Below are positions 1 through 9,453 of a stretch of DNA of 35,767 nt, piece by piece. The stretch lies in the IMG/VR virus record IMGVR_UViG_3300005573_000195, positions 1-35,767 of that record. One strand, given 5' to 3'. The translations under genes were made by a program, and so were the position numbers. The notes under the pieces were generated by a model that was not told where the DNA came from, did no database searches, and worked only from the letters and a program-made list of their open reading frames with translations. This DNA comes from a virus. Its lineage: Duplodnaviria > Caudoviricetes. Positions within the stretch are counted from its first letter, which is position 1. The number at the start of each line of letters is the position of its first letter.

Positions 1-507
1 ACGTATTGTAGTACTAGTAGCCTTGCTTAGCGGTTCTGAGACTCCATATTTAAACTCTAATCTCTCTAATGTTTTTATTATTTTTTCTTTAAACAATTTT
101 TCGTGTCTTCCTATCGATAACGCAACTTGATATTCATTTAAATTTCCTTCAGCTAAATATACACCCAACAACCAAAGAAAATCTGGATTTTTTTCTATTT
201 GATAAATTGTTTTATCATAAATTAGATTATCTAAATAAGGTATAGCAACAAAATCATTTTTAGTTAAATCTTTTGCCTCTTTCCAACCATCAATAGTTAA
301 AAACGGATGCTCTAAACTACATTCTATTTCTTTTTCAATGCCATAAATTTTAATTTTTAATGTATTCCCCTGCCAATGCCTTTTGAATTTTTTTATTACC
401 TTCTTTTTATTTCCCAAATGTGTAATAACATAATCCCCTTCTTTAATATCTGAAATTTTTTTATAACTAAAATCTTCCATTAAAACAGGGGTATTTCCGT
501 GAAAACA
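1..507 (-). mobile_element. Intein with LAGLIDADG homing endonuclease (N-terminal part only)
   Basis: Block A CFHGNTPVLMEDFSYKKISDIKEGDYVITHLG starts at 507; block B ECSLEHPFLT followed by GWKEAKDL; LAGLIDADG-type block C FLWLLGVYLAEGN at about 141-180. Confidence 0.9.
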
Positions 508-696
508 ACTTCCACTCCCGTCTTGGTTAAAAACAGGAAACTTCCTCCATTGGTCTTGTGGTTTTTCTACCCAATTAACGGGGTCAATTCCCGAAACAAT
601 TTCTGAAAAAAGATAATCTTTTTGTTTTGCCACCAAAGGGCGTGTATCTATTAACGCTCCAGTAGATGGTTGTTTTTTGTTTTTAAAGAAAATCAT
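1..696 (-). CDS. Papain-like (C1) cysteine peptidase, putative lysin, intein-containing; runs off the window start
   Basis: Not in the ORF track. Manual translation from ATG 696: MIFFKNKKQPSTGALIDTRP...WRKFPVFNQDGSGS|CFHGNTPVLMED..., open to base 1. NQDGSGS-C matches the papain-family Q-x-x-x-G-S-C active-site motif. Confidence 0.75.
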   Translation of the reverse strand, partial: MIFFKNKKQPSTGALIDTRPLVAKQKDYLFSEIVSGIDPVNWVEKPQDQWRKFPVFNQDGSGSCFHGNTPVLMEDFSYKKISDIKEGDYVITHLGNKKKVIKKFKRHWQGNTLKIKIYGIEKEIECSLEHPFLTIDGWKEAKDLTKNDFVAIPYLDNLIYDKTIYQIEKNPDFLWLLGVYLAEGNLNEYQVALSIGRHEKLFKEKIIKTLERLEFKYGVSEPLSKATSTTIR

Positions 697-1112
697 AAAC
701 TTTCTACTAATTTATCATAATCCTTCCATTTATATCCTAACTCTTTTATGAACATTTTTTCAAGCTTGGTAGCGAATAAATGCTCTCGATGATAGGGAGA
801 GTGCCTATCGTTTCCTGGTTCATCTTGAATTTTACATCCGCACGGAGCATATTTTTTGCCTTCTTCTCTTGCCCTCTCATAAGCAATATCAAAAACATCA
901 ATCTTTTCCCAGCTAATTCCCCTTTTCTTACAAAGAAAACTTTCTATAAGCTCGTGGAGAATAACAGCCAGCTGTTGGTATTCATCGCCAAAAATTGAAA
1001 CTCTATAATCTATTGAACCATCTTTATTTTTCCAGTAATCACCGACCGGCTCAAATTTTCTTTGCTTATTTTTCGGTATTGATTTAATCGTTATCGTTTG
1101 TAATTTCTTCAT
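693..1112 (-). CDS. Hypothetical protein with HExxE metal-binding motif (zincin-like)
   Basis: LAVILHELIESFLC and EPGND..SPYHREHLFAT motifs. Start taken at MKKLQ (1112); the track start is 1139. Stop overlaps the next ATG (ATGA). Confidence 0.6.
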   Translation of the reverse strand: MKKLQTITIKSIPKNKQRKFEPVGDYWKNKDGSIDYRVSIFGDEYQQLAVILHELIESFLCKKRGISWEKIDVFDIAYERAREEGKKYAPCGCKIQDEPGNDRHSPYHREHLFATKLEKMFIKELGYKWKDYDKLVESL

Positions 1113-2832
1113 TGTCTTCTGTTGTTTTATATAACTCATTTAAAATACTCATTCTATTTGGAATAGACGTTGGATAATCAAGCGATAAAAAGTCATGTTC
1201 TGGACGATAATACATTTCATCAAATTCAATATTTTTAAGATTATTATATGCATTTTTTACAGCATCATAAAGGGTATTACCAACACCAGTTACTACTGCT
1301 ATATCTTTATCTAATCCAGAAGTATAAAAATTATTTTCTTTTTTAATAACATCTAGCATCCATACATTTTTATTGTCTTTAATATGAAGAAGCAATTTTT
1401 TCTCTTTATTAATATTAAACAACCTAATAGCTACACCAAACTTATATTTTGGATTAAGCTGGTCTCCGCTAAACAATTGCTCAAAGTATTCTGATGCAGA
1501 TTCAAAAGTTGCCAATTCGGCAAAAATACTATCATAACCAGGACGATTTTTACAGAACTCGCCAAAGTAAAATTTGTCTCTGCTGGGAGAATATAGAACA
1601 GACGAATCTCCAATAGAAAGTTCGTTCTTTCTTAAGATATCCCCCTCAAGCGGTTTAAGAAAATCAGAATAAATTTGTGAGTTTTTATCTATCCAAAAAA
1701 CGGAACAAAAACTACATCCGGTTTGAGGACCGGTATCTCCGGCGCCTAAATATTTTGCTTCAATATCAACATTTACTCCAACAATTTTCCCGTCAAAATT
1801 AATACTTTCTGGCGTAAATTCTTTTATATCTAATATTTTTTCTTCTAAAATAAAACCCCCTTCTTCATAATATTTTTTCCCCTTTTTTAATTCATTAATA
1901 ATTTCTTCGTGATTTTCTTTGGCATCGTCGCTTACAGGAACAACCGTAGATGCTCCCGGACTGTTGCCTTTTAAGACAAACAATCCGTCCTGATTTTCTT
2001 CGTTAAGAAACTTTATAGCGTCTTCTATATTTGAAAATTCGTGAACTTCCTGCTCTGAGAATATGGGGTAATGATTTTTAACAAATTCCTTAGCTTTGTT
2101 TCTATCTTTTTCCAATTCATAATCTGATTCGGTTGGAAAAAGCCCACGAAAACCAGCCCTTTTAAACTGCTCCGCATAAGGATAAAGATAATTAAAATCA
2201 CAGAAAATAAAATAATTTTCTTTATCTTTTACCTTTAAAAGCGCCTTTGTCAACTTATCGGCGTCATATTTTTTTAACATCCCATCATACAAAGACAGTC
2301 TCTTGTTTTTATCCACCTCCTTTTCGTCTTGTTCAATATTTAGTTTTGACCAATCAGAAACTTGCCCAACATAAACCTCATTTCCTTCTTCCTGAAGGTG
2401 ATAGGCAATAGGCAAACTCTCACCATAAAAGGTGAAGAATACATAAGTAATTTTGCGGTTGGAGGCATGATTAGAGGAAATGCTTTCTATTTTAACTATT
2501 TCCGTGCTAGGATTGTGCTCTTTAATTATTTCTATTTGTTTATCATTGTCCTCATAGAATTTAATTATTCCCAATTCCTTTATTTTTTGCGCCTTAAAAT
2601 TACCAACCAACTCATCAATTTTGTCGGGGTTACGATTCAATAACTCCTTATCGGGAAAAAATTCTATGGGCATATTAATATTCGGAGCGTTAATTTGTTT
2701 CAAAACGCTCCTTATTTCCATTTCCTTGTCGGATGTATTGCCGGTAATAATTACACCCTCACCGCTAGGAATAATTCCTTCGGTAATAACACCATCAAAG
2801 TCATAACCAATTTTATATCGATTTATATTCAT
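1084..2832 (-). CDS. HAD-like domain fused to a PurD/GARS-like ATP-grasp ligase
   Basis: N-terminal IGYDFDGVI (HAD motif I) and KFYEDN (motif IV). Then LEKDRNKAKEF, VLKG, ILEEKI, KYLGAGDTGPQTG, GEFCKNRPGYD and VVTGVGNTLYDAVKNAY...MYYR, which parallel PurD B, A and C domain motifs. Confidence 0.75.
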   Translation of the reverse strand: MNINRYKIGYDFDGVITEGIIPSGEGVIITGNTSDKEMEIRSVLKQINAPNINMPIEFFPDKELLNRNPDKIDELVGNFKAQKIKELGIIKFYEDNDKQIEIIKEHNPSTEIVKIESISSNHASNRKITYVFFTFYGESLPIAYHLQEEGNEVYVGQVSDWSKLNIEQDEKEVDKNKRLSLYDGMLKKYDADKLTKALLKVKDKENYFIFCDFNYLYPYAEQFKRAGFRGLFPTESDYELEKDRNKAKEFVKNHYPIFSEQEVHEFSNIEDAIKFLNEENQDGLFVLKGNSPGASTVVPVSDDAKENHEEIINELKKGKKYYEEGGFILEEKILDIKEFTPESINFDGKIVGVNVDIEAKYLGAGDTGPQTGCSFCSVFWIDKNSQIYSDFLKPLEGDILRKNELSIGDSSVLYSPSRDKFYFGEFCKNRPGYDSIFAELATFESASEYFEQLFSGDQLNPKYKFGVAIRLFNINKEKKLLLHIKDNKNVWMLDVIKKENNFYTSGLDKDIAVVTGVGNTLYDAVKNAYNNLKNIEFDEMYYRPEHDFLSLDYPTSIPNRMSILNELYKTTEDNEEITNDND

Positions 2833-3080
2833 TAAACAAGTTTAATGACTAAAAACGGATTTTTTCTTTCATTCAAACCAACAACCCTCAAAAGGTGTTT
2901 GAGAATTGTTATGTTTTTCCCATTTTTTCCTTTTAGTATTCCTATTTTAGGACTATCCTTAGGAACTTCCACAACAACCAAATAACCAATTTCGTCTTGG
3001 CTAGCCGTAATGCGAAAATTGCTCATGCCAATAGACCTCAAATAAGAATCTAAAAATTTCACAGTTGCTGTTTCTTCCAT
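2832..3080 (-). CDS. khpA: KH-domain RNA-binding protein, KhpA/UPF0109-like
   Basis: 82 aa single KH domain; IGILKGKNGKNI has the GxxG loop, followed by LKHLLRVVG. Size and layout match KhpA. Confidence 0.7.
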   Translation of the reverse strand: MEETATVKFLDSYLRSIGMSNFRITASQDEIGYLVVVEVPKDSPKIGILKGKNGKNITILKHLLRVVGLNERKNPFLVIKLV

Positions 3081-3106
3081 TTATTTTTTTATTTTTAATC
3101 GACCCT

Positions 3107-3202
3107 TTATTTTTTACTGGATTTTTTGCTAGATTTTTTGCTAGATTTTTTGCTGGATTTTTTTGTTTGCCTTGATTTTATTCTAGCTTTTAACATTGGC
3201 AT
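3107..3202 (-). CDS. 31-aa Lys/Ser-rich basic peptide MPMLKARIKSRQT(KKSS)4KK
   Basis: Manual translation; fills the gap between the giant gene and khpA; in-frame 12-nt tandem repeat; AAAGGTCGG motif 23 nt upstream. Confidence 0.6.
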   Translation of the reverse strand: MPMLKARIKSRQTKKSSKKSSKKSSKKSSKK

Positions 3203-3236
3203 AATTGTATTATGTTTTAATTTTCCGACCTTTGAT

Positions 3237-6200
3237 TTATTCTAACATATCTAAAAATTCATTAGCAACTTCTGCTGTATGAAATATTTTATCTCTTATT
3301 TGGTTTTTGTTTCTTTGTTTTTCTTCGTTGTCCATATCTTTTTTGGTGTCTATCATATCATATTGAGATATTAATTCTTTAATAAATTCATAATAAGCAT
3401 TGGCAATTCCATAATTCTTTATACCCTGAATGTTTTCCAACACAAAATCTCTGGTCATTGTTATGTCTTGATTACTGAACCTTGAAATTGTTTTATTGGT
3501 CTTCTCTAGTTCATTGTATCTATCAATGAACCTATTCACAGATGCAGCCTGAGAAGGATGAAACTCTTGTTTAATATAAGACCTAATTAGTGGTAAATCT
3601 AATGCAGACATCTTTTGATTTAAAATATTTTTATTCAATCCTAATGCATGAGCTGCGAAGTCTGATGTGGATTTTAGAATGTCGTATGTCCCGAAAGCAA
3701 CATTTCTAAGGTAATAATCTATTTTTAGTGGCGCTACATCTATTCCTATTTGCTTTAATGCTTTTGAACCCATAATAGCCATATTGCTAGTTGACTTATC
3801 ATATTGCTCTTGGGTAACAACACCTTTTAGATATTCTGGAATAATTGGTCTTTCCAAAAAAGCACTATAATTGAAGGCGCTTTCGAGTACCGGTTTTGCA
3901 ACATCCGGAATGGCATTAAACGCAAGCATTCCAAGATTAGCTATCCCCCCCTGTCTAAATGGCAAAATATTATCTATCGTACCGACAATCTCGTCTTTTA
4001 AGGGAACTGGGTCCCTGCCCAACGCTCTTCTAATCAAAATCTCCGGAAGAACTCCAAATGTTGTATAATAGGCATTTCCCAAAACGGGGAGATAAAAGAA
4101 TTTATTGGTTCCGGGAATTGGTATATTTATTCCAGACAACCTTCTCCAAAGCGGCAACTGTTTATATTCTGGTTTAAAATCTTTCTTTTCTGGGTCATAT
4201 TGAGAAAGCGCAATCAATAACTGCAGGGCCGGCATCCAGGCAAATCTCTTTGTCGTTCTAATTGGGTGCTGAAATAGGGTCTTTACTTCCTCTGTAGTAG
4301 CGAGAATGTTTGCCTTAAAGAAGGCCGCCACTCGATTAATTCTTGTTGTTTCTGATGTTGATAATCCCCTCGTCCTCCAATGGATTGTTGCGTCAAAAGC
4401 ATCAATCATTGCAGACGCAATATCATCGGGTGAATCTAATTTGTGTTTCCCCAAAACACCGAGACGAGTCGATAATTCGCTATATTGAGAAATATTTCTC
4501 ATGAGTTCAAGAAAACTAAATCCTTTATTTTTTTCTGTTCTTAATTGTTGTTTAATGTAGTCAAGGTTTTCGGCAACAAGCCCAGACTGTCCTAATCCAT
4601 AAAGCGTAGCAACATCATAAACATCATCTTCTGTGGAAAGATGTTTAAACCCCCTAAAATTATCAACAAAAGGAACAAAAAAATTTTCTGCCCTTCCCAT
4701 TGCGGTTATGGTATCACGAGGAATATTGTTAACCCAGAAAATTGGAGAAAGGGTAGTTGCTAACTCTCTTTTGAAGTTGGTGAATTTAGAAAACAAAGTC
4801 ATAGTCGCACCAAATGAATTGTGGTGTCTTGTCGCCTGTATGGCGTCCATTAATTTGGGGTCTAATCTAAGATAGTGTACTTCGCCATTTATCATTACCG
4901 GATGAACATTTGGGTCTGCAACGCTTACTCTATACATTTTTAATAACTCTGGATTGTCTTGAAGGTCTTTTCTTATTGATTTTATTTCATCTTCTGTATA
5001 GTCGTGATAAAGTTTTATAATCTTAATAGCTTCATCTATGGTCATGTTTATCGGTTTAAGCTGGGGATTTGTTTCTACCGAAGCGAGGGCAGATGGTTTT
5101 TTAGAAGCGTATTGGTAAATACGTGCCAATGCATCGTTTACAAAAACATCTCTAATGGTACTAGCAATTTGGGAAAATTGGCTAACATAAGGGTCAACCA
5201 AATCGGGTCTTGTTGAACCAAAATATGGGCGATAAATTGTATTTGCTTCTGCCGCATTAAATGAAAAATCATTATTAAAGATACCGCCTCTTCTTAAAAG
5301 AGGAGTCAGTCTTGGATATTTTGTAATTTTTTCATAAAATTCTTTAGTAATGAGCCCACTGTCAACCATCATTTTTCTAATAGCATTATTGAATTTTTCG
5401 ATATCGTTCTCAAATTTTTCTATGCCCGGAATAAGTCTTTTAGCGTCTCTTATTGCTGATTCAATATTATCAGGGGTATAATCACTTGGAACAGTTATAT
5501 CTTTTTTGCCTGAATCTAAATCTTTTTGAATTCTTGTTTGAAATTCTTTTGCTGTTAAATAAGCCCCAGCGTGGTTTCTCAATTCAACTGGAATTTCGTT
5601 CCAAATGCTGTGCAGGCCTGGAGCAAGAAAAGAATTTTTAACCTTGCGTGGAGATTCAAAATTTAGAACTGCATTTATATCTCCAATCGCCCCCTTATCA
5701 ATAAACCATTTAATAGCACCATTAATTCTTTCATCAAGAGTTTTAACTCTGTTGTAAATAGATTGGCTTGGTTTAAAAATAGACCAAAAATTATCAAACT
5801 CCTTAAACCTTCTAAAAACATTTATCTGGTCCATGTAAGCATTTTCTATCCAATTCCAGGTTTTTCTTACAAGGCCACCAAATCCTTCATCTTTATATGT
5901 CTTTTTAATATTGTCTGTTAATTTTTGTTCATTTTCTGCTCTGATATTTAATCTCATTCTTTCAAGGGCCGGCGCTTCTTGAAGCATAATATAATCCATT
6001 CTAGCCTGATTTAAGAAATCCCATACCGCTGGTTCTTTTGCGGTTATCAGTTCCTTCATATAAGCAAACGTATGCGGATATTTTTCTTCCATTTGGGAGA
6101 CACCAGACAACCAATCGGCCATCATTCTAGCAAATCCCTCTGATGCCCACTGTTCTTTTGGATACTGTGTCATTACACCCGTCCCAACTAAATTTTCAAT

Positions 6201-9200
6201 AATTTCTTCTTGGGCCAATCTTCCGGCCGGAGAATTTGGCATCGTGTCAGTAATATTAAACATGGCATCTACAATATGCCCACCAGTTTCATGTAAGAAA
6301 TTTTTAAAATCATAATGTTTTTGTTTTACCAATTGGTCTAAATAGGCCTCTCCCTTTACTCCAGGACTCAACCTTCCTTTTCTGTAGGCTACATTTAAGA
6401 CCTTAAGAAAATCGGATATTATTTGTGTTTCTGTTTTTATTTTGTTTTCCTTGATATTTATCGGTTCCCAATCCCCAACAAGGTTATCTGGGTGTTTTTC
6501 TAAATATTCAATGTCTTTTGGTTGAAATTCAGCAAATGGCGATGGGGAATTTTTTTCTTCCATTTCATACCTAATAATATCTTCCTTAGCTTTAGAGCTA
6601 ACCACATCATAACTCATAGAATTCTTCATAATTTCCCCAAACTCATTCTTGTAATTAGGAATGAGGAACGAATGTAATAAATCATTTACATTTCCAAAGC
6701 CAAATTCTTTTATTAAAGAATTTGCATCTCTGGGAGTTTTTGCTCCCAACACCCTTGAAACCGCACTTCTTAATCCATCTATGCTCCCGTCAGTTTCTTT
6801 AAAGGCATCTATAATTTTTGACATTTTTTCGGTGTCTAATGATTTGGGTTCTAATCTAATATTGTTAAAAACGTTACTATCACCATCTCTTGCTAGTTTT
6901 ATAATATTGTTGGCAATATTGTCTAACGCTCTATCTAGAATTGCCCACAACCCATTAGATGATTTTGCTTTATCAATCTCTTCTCTTGCTCTGTTTATAA
7001 TTGACGGCGAAAAATCTGTGTATGACAAAACATATTTAACATAAGATTTTTGGGATAATGTAGCAGCTTGTTTTCTCTCAAAAGAAACATCGCCACGATT
7101 TAAAAAGTCGTTAATATAACCCTTAATATTGCTAATAAGTTTTTCATCCTCAGAGGCCCCTTTCTTTGCATATAATATTAGATTGTCTGTTTCGTCTGGG
7201 TTTTCATAAATTCCAATTTTTGCATCTAACCCACCAAATGCATTTGGAACCAACTTATAATCAACATACCCCTCATTGGCATCTCTTTTTGCTATTAGTT
7301 CTAAATCTAAATATGATTTGACATCATCACCAAAAATATCCCTTACACCAAAGGTAAGGTCCTTTTTTATTTTCTCTATAGCGTCAGAGGTTTCTATTCC
7401 TTTAAGTACACCTGAATTAGCCGCTTCTACTGAGCGGTGTAGGTTTTTTATGATTTTAACTGCATCCTTAGGAGAGCGATAACCTAAAGTAAGAAGGCGG
7501 TCGGAGTATCCTTGTCTCCCGTAATTTCTTTGAAATTCGGGAGTTGCTTCAGTCGCTTTAATGATATTTTTGAAGACTTCTGCTGCTTTTTCTCTTGTGT
7601 CTTCCCCAATGAATTTTCCGGTTCCCCTTGTTGCGTAACCCTTTGTTTCTCCATAATTTTTAAAAATATTGTAGACCTTTGATTCGAGAGTGCCGTCTGT
7701 GTCAAGAATGGCTAAACGATAATAATTATCTATGTCTGGAATAATTGTTTTAAACTGTATTCCCTCTTTGTTTATTATATCAATTACCTGTTTAATGTCA
7801 AACTTGTTTTTGGGGAAATCAATAAAATATAACATATTGTCTCCATTGTCATCTCTAATAAAATAAGCAGAGCTCTTTTGATAGCCCAACAAGCCCTTTA
7901 ATGCCGCCAAATATTCAACCATTGATTGGTCTTTTAAATCTTTAAATTCCACATATGTGCTATTTTCTGCCCCATCAACCCACTCCCCTAATGCTTTATG
8001 GACCGATGCCTCAACGCCAAAGTCTTGTGTAATCTTTTCAACCGCCTTATTAAAACTTTCTTGTTTGGGAGAATCAATCATTTTTAGGGCATAATCTAGC
8101 GTGGTGTTTTCTTTTGTGTTTGGAGAAACAAATACAAAAGACGAGGGAACGCTTTTGTCATCTTTATAAATAGAACCAGCATCCTTAAAGAAGGACCTAA
8201 TTTGTTCTACGCTCTCTTTATTTGTTAATTGTTTTTCTTCTGGTTTGGTTTCGATTGGTTGTGTTTCTGATACAGAACTAACTTCTGGTAATTTTTCCAA
8301 ATTCTTTAGAGAATTATCAACTAATGCCCCCTCTATCTGTTTCATTGTAGCTTTTGTACCACCCATTGCTCCTATAATTCCCCAAATAGCCGAATCAATA
8401 TAAGCCTTTTCTAGGTCTGGTTTTTCGCTAAGCGACGACAAAAAACCAAAAGCTGCATGTATTCCTATTCTTGGTGCGGCGCCCTCAATTAATCCGAGAC
8501 GACTTAAAAGTGGAACAGACGCAGCAGATGAAACCGCAGACGATATTCTGTCTTTTATTGGTGAATTAATGGCTTGGGTTAATTGATTGGTTATTCCCAA
8601 AGAAACGCCCAAATTAATAGAATCCCTTATATATTGTTCCGTATTTTTACCAGCAAGGATAAATTTAAGCCAATTTGGAAACTTGTCCTCAAAAAACTTT
8701 ATTGCCTGCGAAGTGAATCTATTTTTAAGAAAGGTTTCTGTTGCTTTAGTAGAAATTCCCCCCACCAATGAAGTTCCCCCCACCGCTCCTGCTGTTCCTA
8801 TAAAAGTAGCGGTATAGACTGGATAATATATTGCTTTTTCCAAAAAAGTTTTTGGTTCATACCCATTCAACTTTTCACTTGTATCAAACAAAGAAATAGG
8901 GCTTCCTCTTACTATCGCATAAGAAAGAGCACCACTAATTTGTTTATCTGTTTCTGTTGGTGTTTTTTGTAATTTAGAAACAATGCTCTCCTCTTGTTTT
9001 CTTTTTGCTTCATTTAGGTCAGCAAAGGTTTTATCTGTAATAAATTGAAAATAATTCTTATTATTATTAATTGCGCCCGCTATATTTGAAATTAAGTCTG
9101 GAATCATTGGCTTAATTTCTTCTTTCTGTGGCGTGGTAGGCACTTCCGGTGTTGACGAAGCAATACCAGTTGTCGGCTGCGAGGAGGTGCTTATATTGGT

Positions 9201-9440
9201 AGTACCACCAGAAACACTTGGAGAAACATTGGGTTGTGTAGTTTGTGCCGTTGGTTGCTTTTTGGACAAATAATTAATAACAGAACCAGCCCAAGATGAC
9301 AACCTTTGCCATAACCCAGAATTAGATTTCTGAACTTGTTGTTTTAATAATTCTGTAGATTGTTGTTGATTATATCTATCAACAAATTCATCGTATGGAA
9401 CTATTGGACCTCTCTTTTGTAATTCATCAATGTAAGACAT
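3237..9440 (-). CDS. Giant internal virion / polyvalent-type protein with zincin-like motif and LPD38-like C-terminus
   Basis: 2067 aa, downstream of tail genes. FLHETGGH...SEGFARM metallopeptidase-like motif; C-terminal EYKQLPLW...KPVLESAFNYSAFLERPIIPEY...PLKIDYYLR resembles LPD38. Confidence 0.65.
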   Translation of the reverse strand: MSYIDELQKRGPIVPYDEFVDRYNQQQSTELLKQQVQKSNSGLWQRLSSWAGSVINYLSKKQPTAQTTQPNVSPSVSGGTTNISTSSQPTTGIASSTPEVPTTPQKEEIKPMIPDLISNIAGAINNNKNYFQFITDKTFADLNEAKRKQEESIVSKLQKTPTETDKQISGALSYAIVRGSPISLFDTSEKLNGYEPKTFLEKAIYYPVYTATFIGTAGAVGGTSLVGGISTKATETFLKNRFTSQAIKFFEDKFPNWLKFILAGKNTEQYIRDSINLGVSLGITNQLTQAINSPIKDRISSAVSSAASVPLLSRLGLIEGAAPRIGIHAAFGFLSSLSEKPDLEKAYIDSAIWGIIGAMGGTKATMKQIEGALVDNSLKNLEKLPEVSSVSETQPIETKPEEKQLTNKESVEQIRSFFKDAGSIYKDDKSVPSSFVFVSPNTKENTTLDYALKMIDSPKQESFNKAVEKITQDFGVEASVHKALGEWVDGAENSTYVEFKDLKDQSMVEYLAALKGLLGYQKSSAYFIRDDNGDNMLYFIDFPKNKFDIKQVIDIINKEGIQFKTIIPDIDNYYRLAILDTDGTLESKVYNIFKNYGETKGYATRGTGKFIGEDTREKAAEVFKNIIKATEATPEFQRNYGRQGYSDRLLTLGYRSPKDAVKIIKNLHRSVEAANSGVLKGIETSDAIEKIKKDLTFGVRDIFGDDVKSYLDLELIAKRDANEGYVDYKLVPNAFGGLDAKIGIYENPDETDNLILYAKKGASEDEKLISNIKGYINDFLNRGDVSFERKQAATLSQKSYVKYVLSYTDFSPSIINRAREEIDKAKSSNGLWAILDRALDNIANNIIKLARDGDSNVFNNIRLEPKSLDTEKMSKIIDAFKETDGSIDGLRSAVSRVLGAKTPRDANSLIKEFGFGNVNDLLHSFLIPNYKNEFGEIMKNSMSYDVVSSKAKEDIIRYEMEEKNSPSPFAEFQPKDIEYLEKHPDNLVGDWEPINIKENKIKTETQIISDFLKVLNVAYRKGRLSPGVKGEAYLDQLVKQKHYDFKNFLHETGGHIVDAMFNITDTMPNSPAGRLAQEEIIENLVGTGVMTQYPKEQWASEGFARMMADWLSGVSQMEEKYPHTFAYMKELITAKEPAVWDFLNQARMDYIMLQEAPALERMRLNIRAENEQKLTDNIKKTYKDEGFGGLVRKTWNWIENAYMDQINVFRRFKEFDNFWSIFKPSQSIYNRVKTLDERINGAIKWFIDKGAIGDINAVLNFESPRKVKNSFLAPGLHSIWNEIPVELRNHAGAYLTAKEFQTRIQKDLDSGKKDITVPSDYTPDNIESAIRDAKRLIPGIEKFENDIEKFNNAIRKMMVDSGLITKEFYEKITKYPRLTPLLRRGGIFNNDFSFNAAEANTIYRPYFGSTRPDLVDPYVSQFSQIASTIRDVFVNDALARIYQYASKKPSALASVETNPQLKPINMTIDEAIKIIKLYHDYTEDEIKSIRKDLQDNPELLKMYRVSVADPNVHPVMINGEVHYLRLDPKLMDAIQATRHHNSFGATMTLFSKFTNFKRELATTLSPIFWVNNIPRDTITAMGRAENFFVPFVDNFRGFKHLSTEDDVYDVATLYGLGQSGLVAENLDYIKQQLRTEKNKGFSFLELMRNISQYSELSTRLGVLGKHKLDSPDDIASAMIDAFDATIHWRTRGLSTSETTRINRVAAFFKANILATTEEVKTLFQHPIRTTKRFAWMPALQLLIALSQYDPEKKDFKPEYKQLPLWRRLSGINIPIPGTNKFFYLPVLGNAYYTTFGVLPEILIRRALGRDPVPLKDEIVGTIDNILPFRQGGIANLGMLAFNAIPDVAKPVLESAFNYSAFLERPIIPEYLKGVVTQEQYDKSTSNMAIMGSKALKQIGIDVAPLKIDYYLRNVAFGTYDILKSTSDFAAHALGLNKNILNQKMSALDLPLIRSYIKQEFHPSQAASVNRFIDRYNELEKTNKTISRFSNQDITMTRDFVLENIQGIKNYGIANAYYEFIKELISQYDMIDTKKDMDNEEKQRNKNQIRDKIFHTAEVANEFLDMLE

Positions 9441-9453
9441 ATTATTTAAATTA

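Noticed and set aside
1084-2832. Calling the gene purD (auxiliary purine metabolism)
   Set aside because: It lacks the N-terminal GxGGREHA loop, has an altered GPNTGGMG motif, carries a HAD-like fusion and has no purine gene neighbours.
3110-3165. 12-nt tandem repeat as a CRISPR array or iterons
   Set aside because: No spacers; better explained as the coding KKSS repeat.
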